Positions 1-10,424 are shown, counted from the first letter of the stretch. The stretch: 64,000 bases of DNA from Patescibacteria group bacterium (GCA_016861085.1 BOKR01000001.1:323271-387270), one strand, 5' to 3'. Notes: a model not told the origin generated them from the sequence alone. Numbers and translations are program-made.

Positions 1-2
1 CA

Positions 3-335
3 AAATATGTTAAGAGCTCTCTAAAAAAAGCACTTGTTTTTGATCATGATTTGATCCTTTTTCCCCAGTTTTCATATAGAGTTATTGACCAGAGAATTGA
101 CAGTTTAAATGCAAAAAAAACTCAAATCATTTTTAGTCACTCAAGGTTCGTTGTTTCAATTATAGTTATGACCATTTTTGCAAGTCTTTTTTTGTTGAAC
201 AAAAGATATGCTATGGCTGCAGTTGTAGAAGAAAAAATCACTTGCAGTTTATATAACTGTGTCAGAGATTGTGTTGTGTATGAATTTAGAAATCAGCCGT
301 TAATGTCGGAGGTTAACTATAGTTTCGATCGATAA
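3..335 (+). CDS. 3' part of a membrane protein entering from before the window (possibly M56/BlaR1-like C-terminus)
   Basis: Frame 3 is open from position 3 to TAA at 333-335. It contains 'F..RVIDQRIDSL' followed by one hydrophobic segment. The family guess is weak. Confidence 0.4.
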   Translation, partial: KYVKSSLKKALVFDHDLILFPQFSYRVIDQRIDSLNAKKTQIIFSHSRFVVSIIVMTIFASLFLLNKRYAMAAVVEEKITCSLYNCVRDCVVYEFRNQPLMSEVNYSFDR

Positions 336-367
336 TTATTTGTGCCTCTAGTATATAATTGAATCTG

Positions 368-1357
368 ATGAATCCACACCTCTCAAATAAATATTCGCTA
401 AATTCCGTCGGAAGAGAAATCACAACTAAAGTTCCTATTGCTTTACCAGGCCAGTCTATTAGTTCAGTTTCTAGTAAACTTCATGAATTTGCAGAGACTT
501 CTACAAGTATTAACTATATATATGTTGTTGACGAAGAAAAGAACTTACATGGGGTGCTCTCAGTTAAAGAGTTGCTTAGGGACGAAACGCACACATTGAT
601 CAAAGAGATCATGACTAAAAATCTTGTTGTTACTCATGTTCAGGTTAACCGAAAGCGCGCTGCTCATCTCGCAATAAAGCATAATATCAAGGCTGTACCT
701 GTTCTTGATGAGAACAAAAAATTTGTTGGGGTTTTAACCAGCGATAAAATACTGGCTATTTTATATGAAGAACATAAAAAAAAACTCTACCGATCTGCTG
801 GTATTATTATTTTTCCAGGGAAATTCGGTACGATTCTTGAACAAGGGGTATGGCACGCTTTTATTTCTAGGCTGCCATGGATAATCGTAGGTTTAGTTGG
901 AGGAATTTTTGCGGCTCAAATTTTCGAAATTTTTGAAGGAGTAATAGAAAAGAATCTGATTTTAGCTGCATTTGTCCCGCTTGTTGTTTATATTAGTAGT
1001 GCTGTTGGTACACAGACTCAGACTTTTTTTGTAAGAGATATTGCTTTTAATCCAAAATTAGATTTGGTTCCATATTTGATCAAACAATTTATTACCTCTT
1101 CTTTAATTGGTCTTATCTGTTGGGGGATTGTGTTGTTACTGGTTTCTCTTTTTTGGAACTCCTTTTTTATTGGGCTAGTTATTGGTTTGGCAATATTTGT
1201 TGCAATGTCTTTGTCTACTATTGTTGCAATCGGAATTCCATATATTTTGACACTAAAAAAACAAGACCCAGCATCTGGGAGTGGACCTTTTGCAACAATA
1301 CTACAAGACTTGATAAGTATTTTTATTTATTTTTTAATCGCCTCAGCGCTACTCTAA
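368..1357 (+). CDS. mgtE: Magnesium transporter MgtE (CBS pair + MgtE membrane domain)
   Basis: CBS motifs YIYVVD..L.GVLS and VPVLD....VG. Also RLPW, GTQT and DPA..SGPF.T.LQD. Start placed at the ATG 8 nt after TATAAT. Confidence 0.92.
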   Translation: MNPHLSNKYSLNSVGREITTKVPIALPGQSISSVSSKLHEFAETSTSINYIYVVDEEKNLHGVLSVKELLRDETHTLIKEIMTKNLVVTHVQVNRKRAAHLAIKHNIKAVPVLDENKKFVGVLTSDKILAILYEEHKKKLYRSAGIIIFPGKFGTILEQGVWHAFISRLPWIIVGLVGGIFAAQIFEIFEGVIEKNLILAAFVPLVVYISSAVGTQTQTFFVRDIAFNPKLDLVPYLIKQFITSSLIGLICWGIVLLLVSLFWNSFFIGLVIGLAIFVAMSLSTIVAIGIPYILTLKKQDPASGSGPFATILQDLISIFIYFLIASALL

Positions 1358-1401
1358 ACATTGCATTAATTGATCTATTTTGATATTATTTTATTCCTAA
1401 T

Positions 1402-1998
1402 ATGAAAAAGATTATTGTTTCCCCAGAAACTCGAGAGCGGCAAGATAATTTACTCATTGCAGACTTTCGAAATGGGGGCGCTTATGCAAATGCTGTCCTT
1501 TTCAATTACTTGGTCGCACTAGCTTGGCATGTGGCTAGAGCTAATCCTCTTATTATGGAATCTGATGGAAACTTTGGTAAATTTGCTTTCAAACAGATTG
1601 GTAAGAGAGATTTGGCACTCTCTACAAACTCAATCCCTGAATCAAGGGGTTTCCATAAAGTATATACGCCAGAGGTCGGTGAAATACTTGAAGTCTGTGG
1701 TTTTCATGGGAGTGATCGCGGCTCATTTCAGATTCCCGTTGAGGTAATTGAAATATGCGCAGACGGAAGAATTTTAGTTGAGGTAATTCCGATGGTAGGA
1801 TTAAAAGAGAAGAAAAAGTTACAAAGAAGAAGAAAACTTGTCCCAGGTGATTATGCTAAGTTGTTACAACTTGGGATGAGTAGTAGTCCCGCGTTGACAC
1901 CAGATAATAAAGTAGCAGGTTTGTTGGTAGCACCAGCACCAGGTGACTTTGAGGGCCAAAGAGCCTATTTAGAGCCAGCAACAGCATTGTTGAAATAA
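1402..1998 (+). CDS. Putative trypsin-like serine peptidase
   Basis: Triad-like motifs occur in order: AWHV (His), RDLAL (Asp) and GMSSSP....KVAGL (Ser). Confidence 0.55.
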   Translation: MKKIIVSPETRERQDNLLIADFRNGGAYANAVLFNYLVALAWHVARANPLIMESDGNFGKFAFKQIGKRDLALSTNSIPESRGFHKVYTPEVGEILEVCGFHGSDRGSFQIPVEVIEICADGRILVEVIPMVGLKEKKKLQRRRKLVPGDYAKLLQLGMSSSPALTPDNKVAGLLVAPAPGDFEGQRAYLEPATALLK

Positions 1999-2049
1999 TT
2001 TTCAATAAAAAGGATTGGCAAAGGGCATAAAAACTGCTATTGTTAAATC

Positions 2050-2880
2050 ATGCAATTTTTACTAGAACACAAAAAAACATTTGTAGTTGGAGTTTTAATT
2101 TTTCTGATTTCATCAAGCTTAACCTTTGCTTTTTTTGCTTCTAAAGAAAAAGAAGTCTCTCCTGAGGTTTTGTCATTACGTCAAGAAGTTGAAAAACAAA
2201 ATCTTGTCAATGAGGTTGATACTGTTTTAGAACCAGAACAAGAAAGAACAGATTTGCTTTTGCCAGATATGTCTATTAAGACGCCAGTGCAGCTGTATAT
2301 AGCTGGGAATCAGTCGTCAAAGAAACTTCGATTTAATACAACTTTTGTAAACCTTGGTCCGGGTCCTCTTGAGGTCCTAGGTCACTCTGACCTAGAAAAT
2401 GGTCTAACTCATGCAGCCCAATATATCTTTGCAAAAGGCGCACCGGGGGAATATAGAAATATCGGTAGTTTCGAATTGCACCCAACTCACAACCATTGGC
2501 ATGTGGCAAATCATGTTCGATACCAACTCTGGTCTATAAATGAACAAGGACAAGAACAGACAATGTTAGCTGACACTGGCAAAATGAGTTTTTGTTTATG
2601 GGATGAACACACTAACGACTTAACAATTCCAAGTGCACCGCAAACCCGAGTGTACGCCCGAATTTGTAATAGGGTTACCCAAGGAATGTCAGTTGGATGG
2701 GGAGATACATATGCGGCTAATGTCGATGGGCAGGAGTTGGATATAACAAATATTCCTGATGGGGAATATATCTTGCGTTTCGAAGTTAATCCTGATCGTA
2801 AAATTTATGAAGTTACTTACGACAATAACCTAGGAGAGTTAAGAGTGAAAATAGCGGGTTTTAAGGTTACACCATTATAA
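2050..2880 (+). CDS. Membrane-anchored lysyl oxidase family protein
   Basis: N-terminal TM segment. LRF...N.G.GP, Cu-binding HPTHNHWH, KMSFCL, QGMSVGWGDTY, DITNIPDGEY and VNPD..I.E..YDNN. Confidence 0.88.
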   Translation: MQFLLEHKKTFVVGVLIFLISSSLTFAFFASKEKEVSPEVLSLRQEVEKQNLVNEVDTVLEPEQERTDLLLPDMSIKTPVQLYIAGNQSSKKLRFNTTFVNLGPGPLEVLGHSDLENGLTHAAQYIFAKGAPGEYRNIGSFELHPTHNHWHVANHVRYQLWSINEQGQEQTMLADTGKMSFCLWDEHTNDLTIPSAPQTRVYARICNRVTQGMSVGWGDTYAANVDGQELDITNIPDGEYILRFEVNPDRKIYEVTYDNNLGELRVKIAGFKVTPL

Positions 2881-2883
2881 TTC

Positions 2884-3705
2884 ATGAGAAAAATAAATAG
2901 TATTATTTTTATATCTATTCTTATTGGTTTTTTTTTAATTCTTTCTCAAAAATCAAAAAAAAACCAAACCGAAGTTTTTATTGAACCTGCGGAACCCTCT
3001 CCTACTCCTTTCACGCAATATCAAGTTCCTAAAATACCGAATAAGAAAGAAACGACAATAATTTTTGTTGGTGACTCAATGACGTTGGCCCTTGGCCCTC
3101 ACCCTTCTTACTTCAGCGGATTGATGAATGACAAATTTGATAAAATTTTTGCAATTGATAACTATAGCGAAGGGTCTGTAAGTGTTCTTTCGTTAGATAG
3201 ATTGCTAAAAGAAAAAACTAATATTGGTGAGTTGAAGGAAAATCCCATTATTAATCGTAAATTCGATATAATTATCATCGAATCTTTTGGACATAATCCA
3301 CTTTCTCAATTTCCCTTAGATGAGGGATTGGCTAGGCAAGAGGAAGTTTTAGATGCTGCTATGATTGAGTTGATTAACACTCGCCCAGAATCAGTAATTA
3401 TTTTTTTGGCAACAATTGCACCAGATGAAGTAAATTATGCAAATACAAGTGTTGGTCTATCTACTGAGTCGAGTAAGGAGTTTGCAATAGAACGTAAAAA
3501 ATACATTGAAAATTTTATTGCGTATGCTAGGGAGCATAGTATCCCGCTTGTAAATATTTATGAGCAGTCATTTACTGCTGATGGAAGAGTTAAACCTGAA
3601 CTAATAAATCCAGACGATAATATCCATCCTTCACAGCTTGGTATTGAATTGATTCAGACGGCAGTGTTCAACCATATTGTGGAAAATAATTACTTGACTG
3701 AATAG
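2884..3705 (+). CDS. SGNH/GDSL hydrolase, membrane-anchored
   Basis: FVGDSMT block I, FGHN block III, DNIHP block V and an N-terminal TM segment. Confidence 0.85.
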   Translation: MRKINSIIFISILIGFFLILSQKSKKNQTEVFIEPAEPSPTPFTQYQVPKIPNKKETTIIFVGDSMTLALGPHPSYFSGLMNDKFDKIFAIDNYSEGSVSVLSLDRLLKEKTNIGELKENPIINRKFDIIIIESFGHNPLSQFPLDEGLARQEEVLDAAMIELINTRPESVIIFLATIAPDEVNYANTSVGLSTESSKEFAIERKKYIENFIAYAREHSIPLVNIYEQSFTADGRVKPELINPDDNIHPSQLGIELIQTAVFNHIVENNYLTE

Positions 3706-3760
3706 TTATTTTTTTATAGTGAATGTAAACTCTAGCCAGTTAGTTGTTGTCTGCTTTTAC

Positions 3761-4294
3761 TCATAGTTGAAACTGCGTGGGGAGCATGACTCTTTCATGT
3801 TTGAGAGTGTCTAAATCTAAGATTACAAAACTGCTTTCTTTGTCTGCTGCTTGTGGCAGCCATTTGTCTTTTGTAACAGTGTTGCCAGGATTAATAAAAA
3901 GTGAAGTGCCATATTCAATAACTCTGTATTGGTGGTCATGACCACCAATGATAATGTCAAAGTCGCCCGATTTAGCAACAGGTTCACCGATTGATGAATA
4001 GTGATTCATGAATATTTTTCTACCTTCAACCTCTAGTTGTAATTCGTTACCATGACAGGTTAGATTTTGAGCAGCATTTGCCCTTCTCTCTATTAGAGTA
4101 TGTTCACCATCATTATTTCCAAAAACAAAGTGCAAGTGACCATAATAGTGTTCTGCAAAGCGTCTCACAACACCAGGGTTAATCATATCACCAGCATGGA
4201 AGGCAACTTTTATTTTTTTTTCATTAAGATACTCAATAATCCAAACTATTGCTGGGGTATTGTCATGTGTGTCAGAAAGGATTGCTATTTTCAT
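3761..4294 (-). CDS. YfcE-like metallophosphoesterase
   Basis: SDTHDN, HAGD, GNND, GHDH and INPG motifs. Confidence 0.9.
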   Translation of the reverse strand: MKIAILSDTHDNTPAIVWIIEYLNEKKIKVAFHAGDMINPGVVRRFAEHYYGHLHFVFGNNDGEHTLIERRANAAQNLTCHGNELQLEVEGRKIFMNHYSSIGEPVAKSGDFDIIIGGHDHQYRVIEYGTSLFINPGNTVTKDKWLPQAADKESSFVILDLDTLKHERVMLPTQFQL

Positions 4295-4375
4295 GGTTTT
4301 CATTATATTCTATGTGTTACCTTTTTGCCTACGAGGTGTTTGGACGAAGTTCTGACCTGTTGTAACATTGCTATA

Positions 4376-5236
4376 CTAAAGGAATAAAAGTAACAACCCA
4401 GCAGTTACTCCAAATATTCCGATCATTTTTCTTACTGATAATTCATCTTTAAAAAAGAAAGCAGAGGCGAGCGTGAGTAAAGAAATTGAGGCAGCATTGG
4501 CAGCATTTACAAAACCCACATTCGGGGCCAGATTAAACCCAACTTGCATAAAGTAATTAAAACTTGCACCAAAAATACCGATCAGCAATAGTGTAATGAG
4601 TTGATCTTTGGAAACCTTTTTCCATTCCACTTTCTTGTACAGTATTTCACCAAAAATAAGTACTGTTACAACTATCATTGAAAGAATTAATCTTGTGAGG
4701 ATTGGAACACCCATATTTAGAAGGTATTTCGAACTTAAAGCCAGAAAACCCCAACAAAAAAAAGCACCCATAGTATACGGGAACCACAATTTATTAGATG
4801 TAGTTTTGCTTTTATTTTTGTCAATTGTAATTAAAGCTGAGAACAAAATTATTAATATAATTGCTGTTGCTGTTTTAATTGTCAGTGGAGCAGAAAAAAT
4901 AAAAATTGATGCTATAGCTGTGAATACAACATAACTTTTTGAAATAATGAGACTATATCCAGGGTTTGGGGCATACTCGATCCCTTTCAATGAAAATACA
5001 TTCCCAAGATAACTGAAGAAAATACCCTGAATTAAAATGAGTAAGTATTCGAACGGTTTAAGTGTAAAATTAACTGGGGTCCTGACTATTAATATCATAT
5101 ATACAAGTACAGGTATCAGAAACATAGCCAGGTTATTTAGTTGTTGAGGTGTTTTTAATGAATTGCTCTTTCGTACATAAAGATACAAAGCTACTGAACT
5201 AACAAACATGAGTAAGCTGGCAATAATCCAATTCAT
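4376..5236 (-). CDS. DMT/EamA family transporter
   Basis: About 10 TM helices in two repeats. The C-terminus FFFKDELSVRKMIG is typical of EamA. Confidence 0.8.
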   Translation of the reverse strand: MNWIIASLLMFVSSVALYLYVRKSNSLKTPQQLNNLAMFLIPVLVYMILIVRTPVNFTLKPFEYLLILIQGIFFSYLGNVFSLKGIEYAPNPGYSLIISKSYVVFTAIASIFIFSAPLTIKTATAIILIILFSALITIDKNKSKTTSNKLWFPYTMGAFFCWGFLALSSKYLLNMGVPILTRLILSMIVVTVLIFGEILYKKVEWKKVSKDQLITLLLIGIFGASFNYFMQVGFNLAPNVGFVNAANAASISLLTLASAFFFKDELSVRKMIGIFGVTAGLLLLFL

Positions 5237-5370
5237 AGGTTCAGTGCAAAATCTTTCTTATTCATCAACTGTATTTTAACAGCTTTTGATGTCGGGTGCA
5301 GGTGGAGCTGATAAAGCTCAGAGTCAACTCATTAGCAGAAATTAGGTAAAGTACTTAAACTAGAGAAATG

Positions 5371-6330
5371 CTACTTTTGTAATGTCCATCCAGGACCAGT
5401 GAATATCTCAAAAAACACAAACAAAAAATAAATAAATATTAAAATCGAACCTTCAATTCTTGATATAGTCTTTCTACTTTTTGCAAAGTAGAGAAAAAGT
5501 ACTAAACCTACTAAGAAAACTGTGATTGAAAAATTTGATCCCAAAGCGGGTATCGGTTTTGTACTTATCAGTCCCAACAAGCCTAACTCCAAAGTATTGA
5601 AAGTTGCAGAGCCTAAGTAGTTCCCAAATGCAATGTCCTTTTTCTTTGCCAAAACCGCACGAACTGCTATGGACAGTTCTGGTATATTTGTTCCAACAGA
5701 AATCACCAGAATACTAATAATAAATTGCGAAGCTCCGAAATAATCTGCAAGGAAGGTTGTTTGTTTAACTAATATATTACTAGCAGAAAACACCAATACA
5801 ATTGCAACTAAGATTTTAGCCAAACTGATATAAATCGTTGATCGAGAAAAATTAATTGCCACAAGCTTACTTAAAGATCTTTTATTTTTTTCTTGAATAA
5901 AAGCAAAATAACCATACAGTACCAAACAAATGAGTATATCAACTAAAGTAATTCTATTATCTAGTGTTAATAAGGCAGGAACCCCAACAACCAAAGCAGC
6001 AGTAACTAAATCTTTAAAATTAAATGAGTAATTGAGATTTACACCATTTCCCATTACTGCTAACAGTGGTACTACAAGCATAAACATGACGATTGAGCTG
6101 CCGACCAAATTTCCAACATAAATTTCTGGTTGGTTGGTGATAACAGCGTTAATTCCGACCATTATTTCAGTCAGTGAAGTGAAAAGTCCCATTATAAAAA
6201 ATGAGACAAAAAAAGAAGACATCCGTAGGCTGTGAGATATTTTAGTGATAGCACCAACGGCTAAACCTGACCCCACCCACAAAAGAGTAAACGAAAGGAA
6301 AAATAATCCTAAGTTTGATTCTAATTCCAT
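5371..6330 (-). CDS. Na+/Ca2+ (CaCA, YrbG-like) antiporter
   Basis: Two alpha-repeats: TSLTE...GNLVGS and GTNIPE...GNYLGS. Confidence 0.9.
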   Translation of the reverse strand: MELESNLGLFFLSFTLLWVGSGLAVGAITKISHSLRMSSFFVSFFIMGLFTSLTEIMVGINAVITNQPEIYVGNLVGSSIVMFMLVVPLLAVMGNGVNLNYSFNFKDLVTAALVVGVPALLTLDNRITLVDILICLVLYGYFAFIQEKNKRSLSKLVAINFSRSTIYISLAKILVAIVLVFSASNILVKQTTFLADYFGASQFIISILVISVGTNIPELSIAVRAVLAKKKDIAFGNYLGSATFNTLELGLLGLISTKPIPALGSNFSITVFLVGLVLFLYFAKSRKTISRIEGSILIFIYFLFVFFEIFTGPGWTLQK

Positions 6331-6409
6331 GAGTATGATTATGCCAGTTATAATGGAAATAGGCTAAACCAAAATAGTAGTGGGCATTTTATTTAAGGTT
6401 AAAAGGATG

Positions 6410-6484
6410 GGTGGTATACCGGGTTCGAACCGGCGACCTCCGCTGCCACAGAGCGGCGCTCTAACCAACTGAGCTAATACCACC
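6410..6484 (-). tRNA. tRNA-His(GTG), G-1 encoded
   Basis: Cloverleaf GGTGGTAT-TAGCTCAGTTGGTTAGAGC-GCCGCT-CT-GTG-GC-AGCGG...GGTTCGAACC...ATACCAC-C. Confidence 0.95.
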
Positions 6485-6526
6485 ATTTACTTTTTAAGAA
6501 GTAACTTCTTATAGAAGCCACTCATG

Positions 6527-6600
6527 TGCGCCCAGTGTGACTCGAACACACGACCTACGGCTTAGAAGGCAGTCGCTCTATCCAACTGAGCTATGGGCGC
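6527..6600 (-). tRNA. tRNA-Arg(TCT)
   Basis: GCGCCCA/TGGGCGC acceptor stem, anticodon loop CT-TCT-AA and TTCGAGT T-loop. Confidence 0.93.
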
Positions 6601-6655
6601 TCTGATAATAAGGAGTATATTATACCATAAAATCAGGTGGTACAATTCAGCACAG

Positions 6656-8014
6656 ATGAGATATACATCTAACATTTTTATCATTTATTTAAGCATTGGT
6701 ATTATTTTGACAGTGCTTGGTTTTATGGGACTTTTACATCCATTGATTTTGGCAACAATTTTCTTTATTTTGTGTACTCTTTTAGTATTTCTGCTGTGTC
6801 ATTTTCTCTATAAGTTACCAAATTTAAAAAAAGATGAGTTACTGTTGACATATGTCTTAGTTGCAATCTGGTTGCTTCACTTTCTGCAAGTAGTAGTGCC
6901 AGAAACAGGTTTTGATGCGGTATGGTATCATTTGCCGGTAATAAGCAAAGTCTATGAAGCTCAAAGTTTGGTTTTTTTGCCAGAGCTATATCAGTCAGTT
7001 AATCCACTTTTTTCTGATTTATACTTTTTAACAGGATACTCAGTTTTGGGAGATACCGGAACAAAATTAATAGCATATATTTTTGGAGTATTGCTTATTT
7101 GTGTAACATACTGTTTATCAAGGTTATTCTTATCTCGAAAGTTTTCCATTCTTATCGCCTTAGTTGTCTCAACTTTTCAAGTAATTGCATGGCAATCTGC
7201 AAGTTTTTATATAGATGTTGCAAAAGCTTTTTTTGAACTGTCGGGATTATTTTTTATTTTTTATTCAGTTACGCAGAAAAATAAGAAGAAGTTTTGGGGT
7301 CTTGCTTTTTTTTCTGCAAGTTTGGCGTCAAAGGTATTCTCGCTTTTATTAGTGCCATTTTTTATTTTTAGTTTCGGACTAAAAGAGTTTTTCTCAATGA
7401 GAGTTGTATTGTATTTAGTTATTCTGTTCGGAATTCCGTTATTTTATTTTTATTTTGCATATATTCATACTGGCAATCCACTTTATTCAGTTTTTATACA
7501 TGTAGACAAATTGCAAGAAATTTCAGGAGAAGGTTCAGTTTTGCAATTGATTTTATATAAGGTTATTTCCTTACCAAAATCAATACTCATATTTACAACA
7601 GCTAGAGATTATGTGAATCCTATGTTACTTTTATTTTTTATTCCGATATTGTTGAAAATGAAATCAATAATGCAAGAAAAAAAATTACAGGTTTTGTTGC
7701 TTTTTTCAGTAGCACAATGGTTACTTTGGTGGTTTGTTCCACCGGTTTCAACACGATATGCTCTTTCAGGTTTTATAACGCTCTTACTATTGGGAGTTAT
7801 TGTTGTAAAAAAGCAGTATGTAAAAACAAAGCAACAAGAAAAATATTTTTTTCTTGTTTTACTATTTTTTGCACTATTAGCGGTAGTGCCAAGAGTTATT
7901 GTAGCTCATCGCAGTTTACAATATATTCTTGGTTTTCAGAATCAAAAAGAATACCTCAATCAGTTTTATGATGGGTCAATAGATGAAAAAATCAAAACTT
8001 GGTATAAGTTGTAA
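6656..8014 (+). CDS. Polytopic membrane protein, GT-C (ArnT/PMT-like) glycosyltransferase
   Basis: More than 10 TM segments, first-loop P.TGFDAVWYHLP, YID, TGNPLY and RY motifs. The upstream ATG at 6593 overlaps the tRNA, so the start is placed at 6656. Confidence 0.7.
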   Translation: MRYTSNIFIIYLSIGIILTVLGFMGLLHPLILATIFFILCTLLVFLLCHFLYKLPNLKKDELLLTYVLVAIWLLHFLQVVVPETGFDAVWYHLPVISKVYEAQSLVFLPELYQSVNPLFSDLYFLTGYSVLGDTGTKLIAYIFGVLLICVTYCLSRLFLSRKFSILIALVVSTFQVIAWQSASFYIDVAKAFFELSGLFFIFYSVTQKNKKKFWGLAFFSASLASKVFSLLLVPFFIFSFGLKEFFSMRVVLYLVILFGIPLFYFYFAYIHTGNPLYSVFIHVDKLQEISGEGSVLQLILYKVISLPKSILIFTTARDYVNPMLLLFFIPILLKMKSIMQEKKLQVLLLFSVAQWLLWWFVPPVSTRYALSGFITLLLLGVIVVKKQYVKTKQQEKYFFLVLLFFALLAVVPRVIVAHRSLQYILGFQNQKEYLNQFYDGSIDEKIKTWYKL

Positions 8015-8024
8015 GTGTCAAAGC

Positions 8025-8291
8025 TTATCTAGCTGCTTTTTTTACTTTTTTTGAAACAACTTTGGCTTCAGACTTTGCAGCTTTTGCTGCCTTAAGTCCT
8101 TCTCTTTTTGCTGTTTTTGCAAGCCTTTTGCCTTCAGTTTTTGCAACTCTGACAACTTTTTTTGCCTTTACTTGTACTTTTTTGGCAACTTCAACGGTTT
8201 TTTTTCTGTTTTCTTCTTTAGAAAAGAATAAAGCAGCAGCGCCCAACGCTATACCAGTTAATAATGTGCCCAGACCACCTTTTTTTCCCAT
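8025..8291 (-). CDS. YtxH-like small protein with Lys/Ala-rich tail
   Basis: GIALGAAALFF.....RKK N-terminus and AAGGAG SD. Confidence 0.65.
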   Translation of the reverse strand: MGKKGGLGTLLTGIALGAAALFFSKEENRKKTVEVAKKVQVKAKKVVRVAKTEGKRLAKTAKREGLKAAKAAKSEAKVVSKKVKKAAR

Positions 8292-8321
8292 ATATTCTCC
8301 TTTACTACTAATATTAGTATA

Positions 8322-9746
8322 CTAGGGAATCTGTAATATTGACAAGGTATTGGTTAGTCCCGGCTTTTTCCAAAAAGTACCATGAATGAGTAGAATGCTA
8401 TCACCAGATTTTGCAATACCTAGTTCTGCAAGTTGGTCTAAAATTTTATTGGAACTCTCTAAATGGATTCCTGTCGGCAACTCTACAATATGTGGGGTTA
8501 CATTAAAGAGTAAACTCATTTTTCTGTATGTTTGCATATTGCTAGTCAAGACGTGAACTGGTACATGTGGTCTAAACCGAGAAATATTTCGAGCTGTTTG
8601 ACCAGTTTCGGTTAAGCAAACAATCTTATCAATGTCAATTTTATTAGTGCTTAGGTTTGAGATCTCTAGCAGCGAGATAGCAGCATGAGTGATATATGCA
8701 CTTTCATCAGTGTCTTGAGTTTTGATTGGAACTGGCCGAGCGTATTGCTCATTGAATGCAGCGATTTTTGCTTGTGTTTCAACGGCTTTAACGGGATATT
8801 TTCCAATTGTTGTTTCTTCAGAAAGCATAATAGCATCAGTGCCATCATAGATTGCATTAGCCACATCACTTACCTCTGCCCTAGTAGGAACTGGGTTTTC
8901 AACCATTGATTTCAACATTTGGGTAGCGGTAATAACAGGTATGGCTTTTTCTCTAGATTTTGTAATCAAAACTTTTTGCCAATGGGTCAATTCTTCAAAT
9001 GGAACTTCAACTGCTAAATCACCACGAGCGACCATAACTGCATCACTCACATCTAAGATTTCATCTAAGTTCTCAATTGCTTGTTGATTCTCAATTTTGG
9101 CAACAATTGCTGCCTCAAGTCTTCTTTTTGCTAACTCTGTTTTTAAAATAGCAATATCTTGTGCATTTCGAACAAATGACAACCCAACAAAATCGATTAG
9201 ATCATTGTTGGCACCATCAAGTTGAACCAAATCAGCAGGAATCAAAGAAGGTAAATCAATTGATATTCCTGGTGTATTAAGCGTTTTTCGTTGTTTGACA
9301 TCAAATGTACCTTTGGCCATACAGATAATATGGTCAGAATGTTTCTCAACAATTTCAAATTGACCAATACCATCATCGATGGAAATCTCATGCCCAACTT
9401 CAAGTGAATCAACAACAATTTGTGGAATGTATGGAGTTTTTGGGCTTTTATTTTTTTCATCAGAAGTGAAAGAAACTTTATCACCTGGCTTTACGGCAAA
9501 TGGCTCATCGGTAGGTAGTGTAATTCTGATCTCTGGACCTTGCAGATCTAACAAAATACCAACACATTTACCCATTTCCTCTGCAACTTTTCTAACTCGC
9601 CTCATTCTTACTTGGTGCCATTCTGGGGTGCCGTGTTTTGTGTTAAAACGTGCTACATCCATACCTGCGCTGATCAACTCTCGAATGGTTTCTTCTGTCT
9701 CAGTTGCTGGTCCTATAGTTGCGACAATTTTGGTAGATTTTTTCAT
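8322..9746 (-). CDS. pyk: Pyruvate kinase
   Basis: TKIVATIGPA, DLQGPEIR, AKIEN, MVARGDL, ATQML.SM and PTRAEVSDVANA. Confidence 0.97.
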   Translation of the reverse strand: MKKSTKIVATIGPATETEETIRELISAGMDVARFNTKHGTPEWHQVRMRRVRKVAEEMGKCVGILLDLQGPEIRITLPTDEPFAVKPGDKVSFTSDEKNKSPKTPYIPQIVVDSLEVGHEISIDDGIGQFEIVEKHSDHIICMAKGTFDVKQRKTLNTPGISIDLPSLIPADLVQLDGANNDLIDFVGLSFVRNAQDIAILKTELAKRRLEAAIVAKIENQQAIENLDEILDVSDAVMVARGDLAVEVPFEELTHWQKVLITKSREKAIPVITATQMLKSMVENPVPTRAEVSDVANAIYDGTDAIMLSEETTIGKYPVKAVETQAKIAAFNEQYARPVPIKTQDTDESAYITHAAISLLEISNLSTNKIDIDKIVCLTETGQTARNISRFRPHVPVHVLTSNMQTYRKMSLLFNVTPHIVELPTGIHLESSNKILDQLAELGIAKSGDSILLIHGTFWKKPGLTNTLSILQIP

Positions 9747-9857
9747 AAGCCTCATTATACTACTCTGGAATCCTCAGGGCTAGCCTTGCAATTACACTTG
9801 AGTATTTGGGGACAATGCTTTAGAGTGTTATCTGATACAGATTGTAGAAAGGTTAGT

Positions 9858-10373
9858 ATGAATGATACAGATAAACAAGAAGTTCTTGAAACAGGTGAAG
9901 ACTTAGCACTTTCAGCGTTGTCTGAAGCAAGCAAAAAAGATGGGCTAGATTTTGACGAAGTCAAGGCTTCTGATGATTTAGCTGACACCTTAATGTCTTT
10001 GCAAAATCTGATCGAGAGAAATGCAAATGAACTCGAAAGAGTGAGTAACGCTTTAAAAGAGAAACGTGAAAGTTTAAAGAGTGTGTTTGAAAATGACTCC
10101 GCTTTGCAAGAGGTAACAGATTCTGTAACAGCAATGCAGCAGCAGGTTAAAGAACGCAAATCGTTGATTGCCAATAGTGCTCAAGCTACTTCACTTAAGT
10201 CACAAATCGGTGAGTTAAATCAGGAAAAGAAAGAAATTGAAGAGACTTTAAGCAATCATTTAGTTAATTACTACACAATGACAAATTCAAAAAGTTTTGA
10301 TACCAGTTCTGGAGATCAATGGGAATTTAGTATTAAAGCTAAAGTTAAAGGCAAGCCAAAAGGCGAAGAATAA
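9858..10373 (+). CDS. Hypothetical coiled-coil protein
   Basis: ATG at 9858 after AGAAAGG. Heptad-rich body. The longer ORF-track start overlaps pyk. Confidence 0.7.
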   Translation: MNDTDKQEVLETGEDLALSALSEASKKDGLDFDEVKASDDLADTLMSLQNLIERNANELERVSNALKEKRESLKSVFENDSALQEVTDSVTAMQQQVKERKSLIANSAQATSLKSQIGELNQEKKEIEETLSNHLVNYYTMTNSKSFDTSSGDQWEFSIKAKVKGKPKGEE

Positions 10374-10395
10374 AGTTTTTATCTGAAAGTTACTA

Positions 10396-10424
10396 TTAAA
10401 AACACCCCGGAAGGGGTGTTTTAA
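10396..10424. terminator. Bidirectional intrinsic terminator
   Basis: AAAACACCCC-GGAA-GGGGTGTTTT between convergent genes. Confidence 0.85.

Noticed and set aside
1-358. M-box riboswitch upstream of mgtE
   Set aside because: The region is an open reading frame to 335, and mgtE appears leaderless. No M-box motifs were seen.
5237-5370. Riboswitch (fluoride/guanidine-like) before the EamA gene
   Set aside because: Only a GCTAATGA fragment and a weak hairpin are present. The required partner motifs are absent.
8025-8291. Histone H1-like protein
   Set aside because: The hydrophobic GxxxG N-terminus fits a YtxH-like membrane-associated protein better.
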